This document shows positions 7,939-16,484 of a DNA stretch of 41,415 nucleotides, one piece after another. A program made the translations under genes and the position numbers. The stretch comes from Acidobacteriaceae bacterium (GTDB lineage: Bacteria > Acidobacteriota > Terriglobia > Terriglobales > Acidobacteriaceae). The stretch's first letter is position 1. Each line of letters starts with the position of its first letter. Where the stretch lies: the NCBI GenBank assembly GCA_035938355.1, contig DASZGZ010000043.1, positions 1 to 41,415 of the forward strand. Reading direction: 5' to 3'. The notes under the pieces are model-generated. The model saw nothing but the letters and a program-made list of their open reading frames with translations, was not told the DNA's origin and ran no database searches.

Positions 7939-8730
7939 ATGCGCTTTTTGACCGTTGATTCCGTAGGTTTTGCGGTAGGCCTGCTCCTGCAGGCGGCGCT
8001 GTGTTTGGTCATCTTCCGCAAACGACTAGCGCGTCTCTATCCGATCTTTGTCCTTTATCTCCTGCTGAATTTGATTGAGGATCCACTCGGCTGGTTTTTG
8101 CGCGGCCATGTGAGTGCGTATCGTCACTTCTACTTCATCGTCACCATTCTTGATTACGTCCTTCAGCTCCTGATCATCTTCGAGATTGGTCAGAACGTGG
8201 TGCGCCCCTCGAGGCGTTCCATCCACTTTCCAATCCTGCCGATTGCCACTGTCGCCGTCTTGCTGTGCGCTATCGTTGCGGCGAGCTTTTCGCGTCAGGT
8301 TCAGGCCGGTGGAACCGAACACCTAGTTCAGGTATCCATGCAGGTAACCCTTGGATTGGCGATTCTCAAACTTTTGGTCTTTGCAGCACTGGCAGGTTTT
8401 GCACAGGTTTTAGGCATTGGATGGAAGAGCCATGTGCTCCAGCTTGCCACCGGCTTGGCGTTTTATGCCGGGGCGTCTCTGCTTATACAGATCAGTTCAA
8501 GTCACCTAGCGACAGGGGACAGGGCATCCTATATTGCTCATCTTGTTAGACTTTCGCAGATTCAGTCTGCCGCCTACAACTTCACTTTGGCATTCTGGAT
8601 CTGGGCTTTTTCCCGAAATGAATCACCACGCAAAGATTTCACTCCACAAATGCAAGAAGTTCTGGTAACAATAGCTGAGTCAGCCAAACGTACTCGTTTA
8701 TCTGTTACCCGGAGCAATGAACGCAGATGA
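7939..8730 (+). CDS. Hypothetical ~7-TM integral membrane protein (candidate peptide receptor)
   Basis: 263 aa with seven hydrophobic segments and a ~38-aa hydrophilic C-tail; GGAGAG RBS; no recognisable enzyme motif. Function is inference. Confidence 0.8.
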   Translation: MRFLTVDSVGFAVGLLLQAALCLVIFRKRLARLYPIFVLYLLLNLIEDPLGWFLRGHVSAYRHFYFIVTILDYVLQLLIIFEIGQNVVRPSRRSIHFPILPIATVAVLLCAIVAASFSRQVQAGGTEHLVQVSMQVTLGLAILKLLVFAALAGFAQVLGIGWKSHVLQLATGLAFYAGASLLIQISSSHLATGDRASYIAHLVRLSQIQSAAYNFTLAFWIWAFSRNESPRKDFTPQMQEVLVTIAESAKRTRLSVTRSNERR

Positions 8731-9248
8731 CGTTCTCACTATTCCAGATACTGCTCGCCGTGGCCCTCCTCGCATTTGTGGGAGTGTGGCGTCGTCAGCA
8801 GGCAAAGCGGAAACAGCGCAGCTGGGATGAGATTGTTGCGGCGCTTCGGGCAAATGACTGGGGCCTGGACGAAGTCTCTGAACGGTATCTCTATCGCGGC
8901 GGCATCAAAGCGACCCCTGCCGACATATGGAAGAGAATCGATGGCGCACGCGGCTTGTGGGCGATGTACTGCAACGCTCCGCTGCTGGTGCAGCTTGCGG
9001 ATTATGCCGCCGAGCATGGCACCGATCCAGACGAAGCTCTCTTAGAGGGCCTGCGCAGCGATGCCTTCCAGATCCGCCTATGCGTGCTGATGGCGCTCAT
9101 TAAATACGCTATGTCCCACTCGACAATCGGCGCGTCCGTCAATGCACACCGTGCGACGGCTCTCTACAGCGAGATGCTGGCACACCTGACGACGCTCTTC
9201 CAGGAAAGTGCCGGCCAACTCTTCCCCAAATATCTGGAAGCAATGTAA
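8727..9248 (+). CDS. Hypothetical membrane-anchored protein
   Basis: 173 aa; N-terminal TM followed by WRRQQAKRKQR; ATGA overlap with the 7-TM gene. Confidence 0.8.
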   Translation: MTFSLFQILLAVALLAFVGVWRRQQAKRKQRSWDEIVAALRANDWGLDEVSERYLYRGGIKATPADIWKRIDGARGLWAMYCNAPLLVQLADYAAEHGTDPDEALLEGLRSDAFQIRLCVLMALIKYAMSHSTIGASVNAHRATALYSEMLAHLTTLFQESAGQLFPKYLEAM

Positions 9249-9264
9249 TCCCTCCTCCGGAATC

Positions 9265-9304
9265 AAGTGAAAAGAGCCTGCCGAAACGGCAGGCTCTTTC
9301 ACTT
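9265..9304. terminator. Bidirectional intrinsic terminator
   Basis: AAAGAGCCTGCCG-AAA-CGGCAGGCTCTTT hairpin between convergent genes. Confidence 0.9.
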
Positions 9305-9324
9305 TCCCACTGAAGATTCGCCAG

Positions 9325-10308
9325 TCAGCCGAGCGTCTTCTCCGCGAAGCTGCGCAGCTCCTGGTACTCGCTCTCGCTCAATGTGAACGATGCGGCGGAA
9401 AACGTGCCGTCTACCTGATCCGGCCGCCGCGCACCGACGATCGCAGCCGTCACAGCAGGATGGTGCAACGTGTAGGCCACCGCCACAACCCCGGGCTCGA
9501 CTCCGTGCTTTTTGCCGATGATGCGAAGCTGTTCCACCAGCGCCAGGTTTTTCTCGAGCCTCGGAGCATTGAAATCTGCACTCCTGCGCCGCCAGTCATC
9601 CGGCGGCAGCTTCTGGATGCGCTCCGGAGTCATTTTTCCCGAGAGCAGGCCGGATGCCATGGGCGAGTAGTTGATGACGCCGACCCCGTGTTTCTGGCAC
9701 CACGGCAGGATCTCAGCTTCGACCTCACGACGGATGATCGAATAGGGCGGCTGTAGAGAGGTGATCGGGGCGATCTTCGCGGCGCGCTCCATCTGCGCGA
9801 CGTTGAAGTTGGAGACGCCGATATAACGGACCTTGCCTTCCTGCTTCAGCAGGGCCATGGTTTCCCAGCCCTCTTCGATCTCCCCTACCGGATCCGGCCA
9901 GTGGATCTGGTAGAGGTCGATGACATCGAGCTTGAGCCGCCACAGCGATGCCTCAATTTCCTCACGCACCGAAGCTGCTTTCAGGCTCCGGTAGATCTTG
10001 CGATCGCGGTCCCAACGCATGGAAGATTTGGTGAAGACATAGGGCTTGTGCGGTGACTGTTTCAGAGCACGTGCGACCACATCTTCCGAGTGGCCGAGGC
10101 CGTAGATGGCTGCGGTGTCGATCCAGTTGAGGCCGAGATCCAGAGCGCGTTCGATCGCGGCGACCGAATCTGCATCTTCCTGGTGGCCCCACGCGAACTG
10201 CCAGTCGCCGCCACCGATCGCCCAGGCGCCAAAACCGATGCGGGTGATGTGCATGTCTGAGTTACCGAGTTGACGAGTGGCGAGATGCGCTGCAATTGAG
10301 GAAGCCAT
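9325..10308 (-). CDS. Aldo/keto reductase
   Basis: IGFGAWAIGG, WIDTAAIYG, IDLYQIHWPD, IGVSNF and SLQPPYS motifs. Start placed at ATG 10308. Confidence 0.92.
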   Translation of the reverse strand: MASSIAAHLATRQLGNSDMHITRIGFGAWAIGGGDWQFAWGHQEDADSVAAIERALDLGLNWIDTAAIYGLGHSEDVVARALKQSPHKPYVFTKSSMRWDRDRKIYRSLKAASVREEIEASLWRLKLDVIDLYQIHWPDPVGEIEEGWETMALLKQEGKVRYIGVSNFNVAQMERAAKIAPITSLQPPYSIIRREVEAEILPWCQKHGVGVINYSPMASGLLSGKMTPERIQKLPPDDWRRRSADFNAPRLEKNLALVEQLRIIGKKHGVEPGVVAVAYTLHHPAVTAAIVGARRPDQVDGTFSAASFTLSESEYQELRSFAEKTLG

Positions 10309-10555
10309 ATAACTTTCGATGCGGTCAGGCGCGATTCGTTTCTCAGTTCGCAAGAGCGCTGCGAGAGCGGCGGGCCATGCTGCCGGAGACATCGACCAGC
10401 GACACCGTGCGTCTCGGCAACCTCGGCTGACCGGCAAGGGCCGGCAGCAAGGCACAGCTTTCCGTCACGCACCATGACTCGGGAGGGCCAGTTTAAGAGT
10501 CGCATCGCTTCGGGCTGCATGAAAACGAATAGGAATCGCGATTTCGGGCGCAGGC

Positions 10556-10584
10556 TTGCGGAAAACCGTTGATTTCGCCATACT
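10556..10584 (+). promoter_or_regulatory. Putative sigma70 promoter of the rpsP operon
   Basis: TTGCGG-N17-CATACT about 120 nt upstream of rpsP. Confidence 0.6.
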
Positions 10585-10705
10585 TGATGGGTTGGGAGTA
10601 GTGCGGGTGGGACCTCATCCGTATCGCCGTCGCTGGCAATCGCCGGCTGGCCGCTGAACCATCCCGAGACGATTCTAAGAGTTTGCTGAAAGGAACAGGA
10701 ACCCT

Positions 10706-10966
10706 GTGCTGATGATTCGTTTGGCGCGCTTTGGAGCGCGTAAGCAGCCGTACTACCGTGTGGTCGTAATCGAGAAGGACCGCGCACGCAATGGCCGTTC
10801 CATTGAAGTGGTGGGCACCTATAACCCGCGTACCAATCCAGCGAGCGTGCTGCTGAAGAAGGACCGCATCGAACACTGGACCGGCAACGGCGCGCAGCTT
10901 TCCGATCGCGTGGCCAAGCTGCTCAAGGACTACAAGGAAGCTCCGGCGTCCACTCCGGCTGCCTAG
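10706..10966 (+). CDS. rpsP: 30S ribosomal protein S16
   Basis: MIRLARFGARKQPYYRVVV..RARNGRSIEVVGTYNP. Confidence 0.97.
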   Translation: MLMIRLARFGARKQPYYRVVVIEKDRARNGRSIEVVGTYNPRTNPASVLLKKDRIEHWTGNGAQLSDRVAKLLKDYKEAPASTPAA

Positions 10967-11032
10967 CAATCTGTATGTGCGTCTCGCCATTTCGCGGGAC
11001 GCGGTCTTCCCTTCGCCACACGCTGGAGTTTC

Positions 11033-11371
11033 ATGACCCACGACGAGAAGCTGGACGCCGCAGAAGAGTTGATGACGCAGATTGCCCGCGCCCTGGTAGA
11101 TCACCCGGACGAGGTCTCAGTTGAAGCTGTCGAGGGTGACGAAGGCGACGACACGACGGTACTCGAGATGCGCGTCGCTCCGGATGATGTGGGCAAGGTG
11201 ATTGGCAAGCAGGGACGCACAGTACGCTCCATGCGCACGATTCTCTCTGCCGTCGGTCAGGGTCATCATCTGCGTTACGAGCTCGACGTGGTGGAAGACG
11301 AAGATGAAGAGGACGACGAAGACGCGGACGGCACCACCATCGGTGGCAGCGAGTCCACGACGGCGGGCTGA
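11033..11371 (+). CDS. khpA: KH-domain RNA-binding protein KhpA
   Basis: LVDHPDEV..DDVGKVIGKQGRT motif; canonical position after rpsP. Confidence 0.92.
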   Translation: MTHDEKLDAAEELMTQIARALVDHPDEVSVEAVEGDEGDDTTVLEMRVAPDDVGKVIGKQGRTVRSMRTILSAVGQGHHLRYELDVVEDEDEEDDEDADGTTIGGSESTTAG

Positions 11372-11382
11372 TCGCCGCGGTC

Positions 11383-12006
11383 ATGTCTCTTGAAGATCGC
11401 GAGCTAGACTTAGTTCTGCTGGCGCACCTGGTCCGTACGCAGGGCCGTCATGGCGAGCTAATCGCCGACATCCTGACAGATTTTCCTGACCGCTTCAAAG
11501 AACGCACCCACGTGTGGCTGCTGCCACCAGATGGGAAAACTGCGCCTCGCAAGGCGGAGATCGAACGCCACTGGCTGCATAAGGGCCGAGTCGTCCTGAA
11601 GTTCGCAGGGGTGGATTCGATCTCCGATGCGGCGCTGCTCGCCGGATATCAGGTTGCGATTCCACGTGAGCAGCGCGCCCCGCTCGCCGAGGATGCCGTT
11701 TACGTCGCGGACCTGATCGGATGCCATCTGATCGACGAGGCGAACGCATGCGCTAACCTTGGCCCGGTGTTGGATGTGGCGCGAGGCACAGGCGGCGCGC
11801 TCGATATGCTGGTGCTGAACCGCGGCAACGAAGAGCTGCTCATTCCCTTCGCGAAGGCATACATGGTGCAGATTGACCTGGAAAAGCGCGTACTGCGAAT
11901 GCGGCTTCCGGCGGGCTTGACGACGATCAACTCGCCGCTGAGTGCTGAGGAGCGGGCTGAGCAGCACGAGACATCCGAGGAGGACGAAGCCGGCGATGCG
12001 CTTTGA
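11383..12006 (+). CDS. rimM: Ribosome maturation factor RimM
   Basis: [26 protein letters not shown] and ELLIPF motifs; synteny. Confidence 0.95.
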   Translation: MSLEDRELDLVLLAHLVRTQGRHGELIADILTDFPDRFKERTHVWLLPPDGKTAPRKAEIERHWLHKGRVVLKFAGVDSISDAALLAGYQVAIPREQRAPLAEDAVYVADLIGCHLIDEANACANLGPVLDVARGTGGALDMLVLNRGNEELLIPFAKAYMVQIDLEKRVLRMRLPAGLTTINSPLSAEERAEQHETSEEDEAGDAL

Positions 12007-12814
12007 CATCCTCACTATCTTTCCCTCGTTTTTTGACGGCTTTCTGACGCACGGCGTCGTGCGTCGCGCACTCGAAAACGACATCGTCCAATGTGAGCGG
12101 CGCGATCTCCGCGACTTCACGACCGATCGCCATCGCACTGTGGACGACCGACCCTTTGGAGGCGGCGAAGGCATGGTGCTGAAACCGGAACCACTGGCGG
12201 CAGCCATCGAGTCGCTTGACGTGCGCCCCAAAACCGAACGCGATCCGGGACGCGAGAGCGTGATTTTGCTCTCTGCACAAGGCGAGCGCTTCACTCAGTC
12301 TGTTGCGCGCGAACTAGCGCAACTGGAGCGCGTTGTGCTGATCTGCGGACGTTATGAGGGGGTGGACGAGCGCGTGAATACGCTGTTCTGCGACCGCGAA
12401 CTGTCGATAGGCGACTATGTGCTGACCGGCGGTGAGCTGGCGGCGGCCATCGTCATCGATGCGACGACGCGGCTGCTTCCGGGTGTTCTGGGAAATGAAG
12501 CTTCATCTGCCTACGAAAGTTTCGGCGTGGCTGATGCCGGCGCATCTGAGCAAGGAGAGGCTCCACGCTCCACACATGGCAGCGGTGGGTTGCTGGACTA
12601 TCCACACTACACAAGGCCCGCAGAGTTTCGCGGGTTGGCCGTGCCTGAGGTGCTGTGCGGTGGCGACCACGCGGCGATCCGCAAATGGCGACGCGAGCAG
12701 GCGCTGCTGAAGACGATGCACAATCGCCCTGATCTGTTAAGGAACGCAGACCTGAGTCCTGCTGATCGCAATTTCCTCGATCGGGCTGCGCACAAGGGCC
12801 ACACAGCAGACTAG
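11996..12814 (+). CDS. trmD: tRNA (guanine37-N1)-methyltransferase
   Basis: [43 protein letters not shown] and YPHYTRP. Start ATG 11996. Confidence 0.97.
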   Translation: MRFDILTIFPSFFDGFLTHGVVRRALENDIVQCERRDLRDFTTDRHRTVDDRPFGGGEGMVLKPEPLAAAIESLDVRPKTERDPGRESVILLSAQGERFTQSVARELAQLERVVLICGRYEGVDERVNTLFCDRELSIGDYVLTGGELAAAIVIDATTRLLPGVLGNEASSAYESFGVADAGASEQGEAPRSTHGSGGLLDYPHYTRPAEFRGLAVPEVLCGGDHAAIRKWRREQALLKTMHNRPDLLRNADLSPADRNFLDRAAHKGHTAD

Positions 12815-13935
12815 TGCTGCGGCTGATCCGCTGCAGCATCCTCCACCCAGTAGTTCCTCCGCGCGGTGATTTGCAGATTCGGGTAGTCCTTCAACTGCAG
12901 CTTGAGCGTATGCATGCCCGGATGCGGCGCCTCCGGGCGGAAGCTGAGCGTGTAACGATTGGGCACGTGATTGGAAACCGTCAGCATGCCCTTTTGCAGG
13001 CTCTTGCGGTCTTTGAATGAGTAGTATTCGCCGCCGGTGAGATGCGCGACTGTCTCGGATGCGTTGCGGCGTATGGCACTCGCGGCCAGAAGTGCTGCCA
13101 ACTTGGCTACACGAAGCGGTGGTGCCAGGAGACCTATGCAGTCGTAGGTCTTCTCTAACTTACCTTTCGCTTCGGATGGATCTTCATTCGGATCCTGCGC
13201 CAGGCACCCACCGGGAGGGCCTGGATCGCCGTGACCGGGCGTCCGCGATGGCTTTGGCTTCATGATTGTTTTCGTGGACGAGAAGCCGAAACTGTAGATC
13301 ACCGTGTTCGTGTCACTGACTGAGCGCACTGCATCTTCGAGTCCAATGTGGCTGCCGTGATCGACCGTTTCGCTAATCAGCAGAATGGCCCGTCGATATT
13401 CCGGAGGCTGCTTCTGTAACTGATCAACCGAGAATTTGAGACCGTCGAGAATTGCCGCGCCGCTGTCTCCGGCTTCGAGATCGTGTAGGCCGACCGCGAT
13501 GGCGTTAATGTCAGGAGTGAAGTCTTCAAGCACGCGGGGTTCACTGTCGAAACCGACGAGCGCGACACGATGCGGGACATCTCCGATCAACGCTTCGATC
13601 GTCGAGCCGAGGTTTCGATAGTCGTCGAGATGTCGTGCGCCCGCGCCCCCGGTCTCCACTGCGACTACCAGCGCGAGCGGTTCCCTGTCAGTGTCCTGCT
13701 CGAGCGAAGGCTTCTGCGGGACGTCATCGTCAGTGAGCGAAAAATCGTCAGCGCCCAAGGTGAAGACCAACTCGCCGGACTTTGTCCGCACCAGTGCCGG
13801 GACTAGAACGAGTGTGGTGCCGGCGTGAAAGACGGTACCGGCCGGCGCAGGGGCCGCCGGAGCCTGGGCGGCGACAAACGTTCCGGTGAGAAGGACATAC
13901 ACTAGGCTGAGGCCCGCTAAGAATCGCATACACAT
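12811..13935 (-). CDS. Secreted VWA-domain protein (Acidobacteria type)
   Basis: Signal peptide; [34 protein letters not shown] and YTLSFRP..PGMH motifs. Confidence 0.82.
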   Translation of the reverse strand: MCMRFLAGLSLVYVLLTGTFVAAQAPAAPAPAGTVFHAGTTLVLVPALVRTKSGELVFTLGADDFSLTDDDVPQKPSLEQDTDREPLALVVAVETGGAGARHLDDYRNLGSTIEALIGDVPHRVALVGFDSEPRVLEDFTPDINAIAVGLHDLEAGDSGAAILDGLKFSVDQLQKQPPEYRRAILLISETVDHGSHIGLEDAVRSVSDTNTVIYSFGFSSTKTIMKPKPSRTPGHGDPGPPGGCLAQDPNEDPSEAKGKLEKTYDCIGLLAPPLRVAKLAALLAASAIRRNASETVAHLTGGEYYSFKDRKSLQKGMLTVSNHVPNRYTLSFRPEAPHPGMHTLKLQLKDYPNLQITARRNYWVEDAAADQPQH

Positions 13936-13981
13936 GAGCTTGAACCGCAGTGTAGTCCTCCACAGTTGCGTCTTCTTCCAG

Positions 13982-14010
13982 GTGCGGATTGAGGCAAAGT
14001 TGTGTACACT
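13982..14010 (+). promoter_or_regulatory. Putative own promoter of rplS
   Basis: GTGCGG-N17-TACACT ending 31 nt before the ATG. Confidence 0.45.
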
Positions 14011-14041
14011 AGAAGTTCGAACTAATCCCTAGGAAATTGTC

Positions 14042-14395
14042 ATGTCCATTCATCCAGTAATGCAGCGCCTTGCCGAGAAGCTCCAGCGTACGGACCTTCC
14101 CGATTTCGTCCCCGGCGACACGGTACGCGTGCAGGTAAAGATCAAGGAAGGTGAGAAGGAGCGTCTGCAGGCCTTTGAAGGCATCGTGATTGCCAAGAAG
14201 CATGGCCCGCAGGGATCCTTCACCGTCCGCAAGATGAGCTTCGGTCAGGGCGTGGAGCGTATCTTCCCGCTCAACTCGAAGGTGGTGGACAAGGTCGAGA
14301 AGGTTCGTTCGGCCCGTGTCCGTCGCGCCAAGCTCTTTTACCTCCGCGGCCTGCGTGGCAAGGCTGCCCGTCTGAAGGAAGTGGAGCGCACTTAG
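14042..14395 (+). CDS. rplS: 50S ribosomal protein L19
   Basis: [40 protein letters not shown]. Confidence 0.98.
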   Translation: MSIHPVMQRLAEKLQRTDLPDFVPGDTVRVQVKIKEGEKERLQAFEGIVIAKKHGPQGSFTVRKMSFGQGVERIFPLNSKVVDKVEKVRSARVRRAKLFYLRGLRGKAARLKEVERT

Positions 14396-14415
14396 CGTCT
14401 TCGTCAGCATTTCGC

Positions 14416-14452
14416 GAAGGCCCTGGGGCGCCGCCTCAGGGCCTTTCCCTTT
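14416..14452 (+). terminator. Intrinsic terminator after rplS
   Basis: AAGGCCCTGGGGC/GCCTCAGGGCCTT hairpin followed by a T-rich tract. Confidence 0.75.
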
Positions 14453-14556
14453 CTGCATTGCAGAATCGGGTTCGGCTTCATTTCTGAGGCTCACTTTCCA
14501 AGTTGCAGTTCTTTCAGGTCCGGCCCATGGCCGTTCCTCACTTGAGCGAGTGTCTT

Positions 14557-16407
14557 ATGAAAGCCTCTCGAAGCAATCATGCGATGCGTGATGTTCTGAC
14601 TTTTCTTTTCCGCCACTGGCGCCGCGAGGCGTGGCTGGTGGCCGGCGTTGCCGGAGCCATGCTTATGGCCACGGTGGCCGATCTCTTCATGCCGCTGTTC
14701 GCCGGCCGGCTGGTCGATGCCGTGTCCATGCACGCGACGCATGCGAAGGCGCAGGCGCTGCATGCAGCGTTATGGGCGCTCGGCAGCATGGCCGCACTCG
14801 GAGTCGTGCTGGTGGTAGGGCGCTACTATGCACTGGTTGCCATCATTCACCTGACGCTCCGGCTGATGTCTCGCTTCGCAAGGGATGCCTTCTGGCGAGT
14901 GCAACGCTTCTCCACGGACTGGCACGCGAACAACTTTGCCGGCTCCATCGTGCGGCGCGTGACGCGTGGCATGTGGGCCGTCGACATGATGGATGACACG
15001 CTGCTGCTGGCGCTGCTGCCAGCGCTGCTGGTCCTCATCGGCTCCTCCGTGCTGCTGGGCTGGCACTGGCCGGCGATGGGCGCCGTGGTGGGTGCGGGTG
15101 CCGTCGCATATGTCGCGCTCTCGGTTTGGCTGTCGCTGTACTATGTCGCGCCGGCCGCACGGCTCTCCAACGCCCAGGACACACTGGTGGGCGGAGCCAT
15201 GGCGGATGCCGTGACCTGCAACGCCGTTGTGAAGTCCTTCGGCGCGGAGAGCCGCGAGGACGAGCGGCTGGGCATCGTCATGGGCAAATGGCGGCGACGC
15301 ACATTACGGCACTGGGTACGCGGTACGCAGAGCGGCAGCATGCAGCAGCTTGTGTTGCTGGTATTGCGCGCAAGCGTGACCGGCTGCGCGGTGTGGCTAT
15401 GGTGGAGCGGACGTGCCACTGCGGGCGATGTCACGTTCGTGCTCACCAGCTACTTCGTCGTTCACGGATACCTGCGCGATGTCGGCCAGCATGTGGCCAA
15501 TCTGCAGCGCAGCGTGAATGAAATGGAGGAGATGGTCGCGATGCACACGCATCCGCTGGGCGTGGCAGACCGCGCTGGCGCGCGTCCGCTGCGGATCGGC
15601 GAGGGCCAGGTGCTGTTCGATCGCGTGACCTTCCGCTACGGCGGTCAGCCGGAACCGCTCTTTCGCGATTTCTCGCTGCGCATCGCAGCGGGAGAGCGCG
15701 TGGGGCTGGTGGGCCACTCCGGCTCCGGAAAAACGACCTTCGTGAAGCTGCTGCAGCGACTCTACGATGTGACGGATGGCCGCATCCTGATCGACGGACA
15801 GGAGATCGCCAACGCTACGCAGGTGTCGCTGCGCGCTCAGCTCGCGCTGGTCGCGCAGGACCCGGTGCTGTTTCACCGGTCGCTGGCGGAGAACATTGCG
15901 TACGGCCGGCCGGGCGCTTCGATGCAGGAGATCGAGCGCGCGGCGCGCCTTGCCAATGCGCATGAGTTCATCGCGAGGCAGCCTAAGGGCTATGCCACGC
16001 TGGTGGGCGAACGCGGTGTCAAGCTCTCCGGCGGCGAGCGGCAAAGAGTGGCGCTGGCCCGCGCCTTCCTGGCGGATGCACCGATCCTGATTCTGGACGA
16101 AGCGACCTCCAGCCTCGATTCTGAGTCGGAGGCACTCATCCAGGAAGCGATGGAGCGGCTCATCCTTGATGCGGATGGGGGCAGGACGGCGATTGTCATC
16201 GCTCACCGGCTCTCCACGGTGCGGATGCTCGACCGCATCCTTGTTTTCGAACAGGGCGCGGTCGTCGAAGAGGGCCGTCATGACGAGCTGGTCCAGCGAA
16301 CTGGTGGCGTCTACAAGCGGCTCTTCGAACGGCAGGCCATGGGATTGCTGCCGGACGAAGACAACGACGAGGATGCCAGCAAGGAAGAGGCCGAGCTGAG
16401 CGCCTAA
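14557..16407 (+). CDS. ABC exporter, fused permease/ATPase (MsbA/multidrug-like)
   Basis: TM domain, Walker A GHSGSGKT, LSGGERQR signature, ILDEATSSLD. Start uncertain (14557 or 14584). Confidence 0.92.
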   Translation: MKASRSNHAMRDVLTFLFRHWRREAWLVAGVAGAMLMATVADLFMPLFAGRLVDAVSMHATHAKAQALHAALWALGSMAALGVVLVVGRYYALVAIIHLTLRLMSRFARDAFWRVQRFSTDWHANNFAGSIVRRVTRGMWAVDMMDDTLLLALLPALLVLIGSSVLLGWHWPAMGAVVGAGAVAYVALSVWLSLYYVAPAARLSNAQDTLVGGAMADAVTCNAVVKSFGAESREDERLGIVMGKWRRRTLRHWVRGTQSGSMQQLVLLVLRASVTGCAVWLWWSGRATAGDVTFVLTSYFVVHGYLRDVGQHVANLQRSVNEMEEMVAMHTHPLGVADRAGARPLRIGEGQVLFDRVTFRYGGQPEPLFRDFSLRIAAGERVGLVGHSGSGKTTFVKLLQRLYDVTDGRILIDGQEIANATQVSLRAQLALVAQDPVLFHRSLAENIAYGRPGASMQEIERAARLANAHEFIARQPKGYATLVGERGVKLSGGERQRVALARAFLADAPILILDEATSSLDSESEALIQEAMERLILDADGGRTAIVIAHRLSTVRMLDRILVFEQGAVVEEGRHDELVQRTGGVYKRLFERQAMGLLPDEDNDEDASKEEAELSA

Positions 16408-16412
16408 GTCGC

Positions 16413-16453
16413 AAGGGGTCGCGTTGCCGTACCCGGTGACGGGGCCTTTTTTT
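16413..16453 (+). terminator. Intrinsic terminator
   Basis: Imperfect GC hairpin (GGTCGCGTTGCCG/CGGTGACGGGGCC) followed by T7. Confidence 0.65.
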
Positions 16454-16484
16454 CGACAAGCCTTCCAGACGTACACTGGGGCAG

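Noticed and set aside
7240-7939. Minus-strand repetitive ORFs (7240-7818, 7550-7939) and alternative + frame 7590-7859
   Set aside because: Shadows of the precursor repeat. Only 7538-7852 has an RBS, a signal peptide and an invariant core.
7939-8730. Microbial rhodopsin or intramembrane metalloprotease
   Set aside because: No retinal-binding Lys in the last helix (AYNFTLAFWIWAF); no HExxH or EExxxR motif.
7538-9248. Classical RiPP biosynthetic cluster
   Set aside because: No radical SAM, YcaO, LanM, ATP-grasp, P450 or RRE gene is adjacent, and the precursor has a Sec signal rather than a leader peptide. Modification in trans cannot be excluded.
14557-16407. ABC exporter as the peptide's transporter
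   Set aside because: No C39 peptidase domain, separated from the locus by ribosomal-protein genes, and the precursor is Sec-targeted.
15397-16476. Long antisense ORFs (e.g. 15397-16476, 22431-23348, 28768-29616, 11458-12294)
   Set aside because: They mirror well-supported genes, which is expected from high-GC codon bias, and show no protein motifs.
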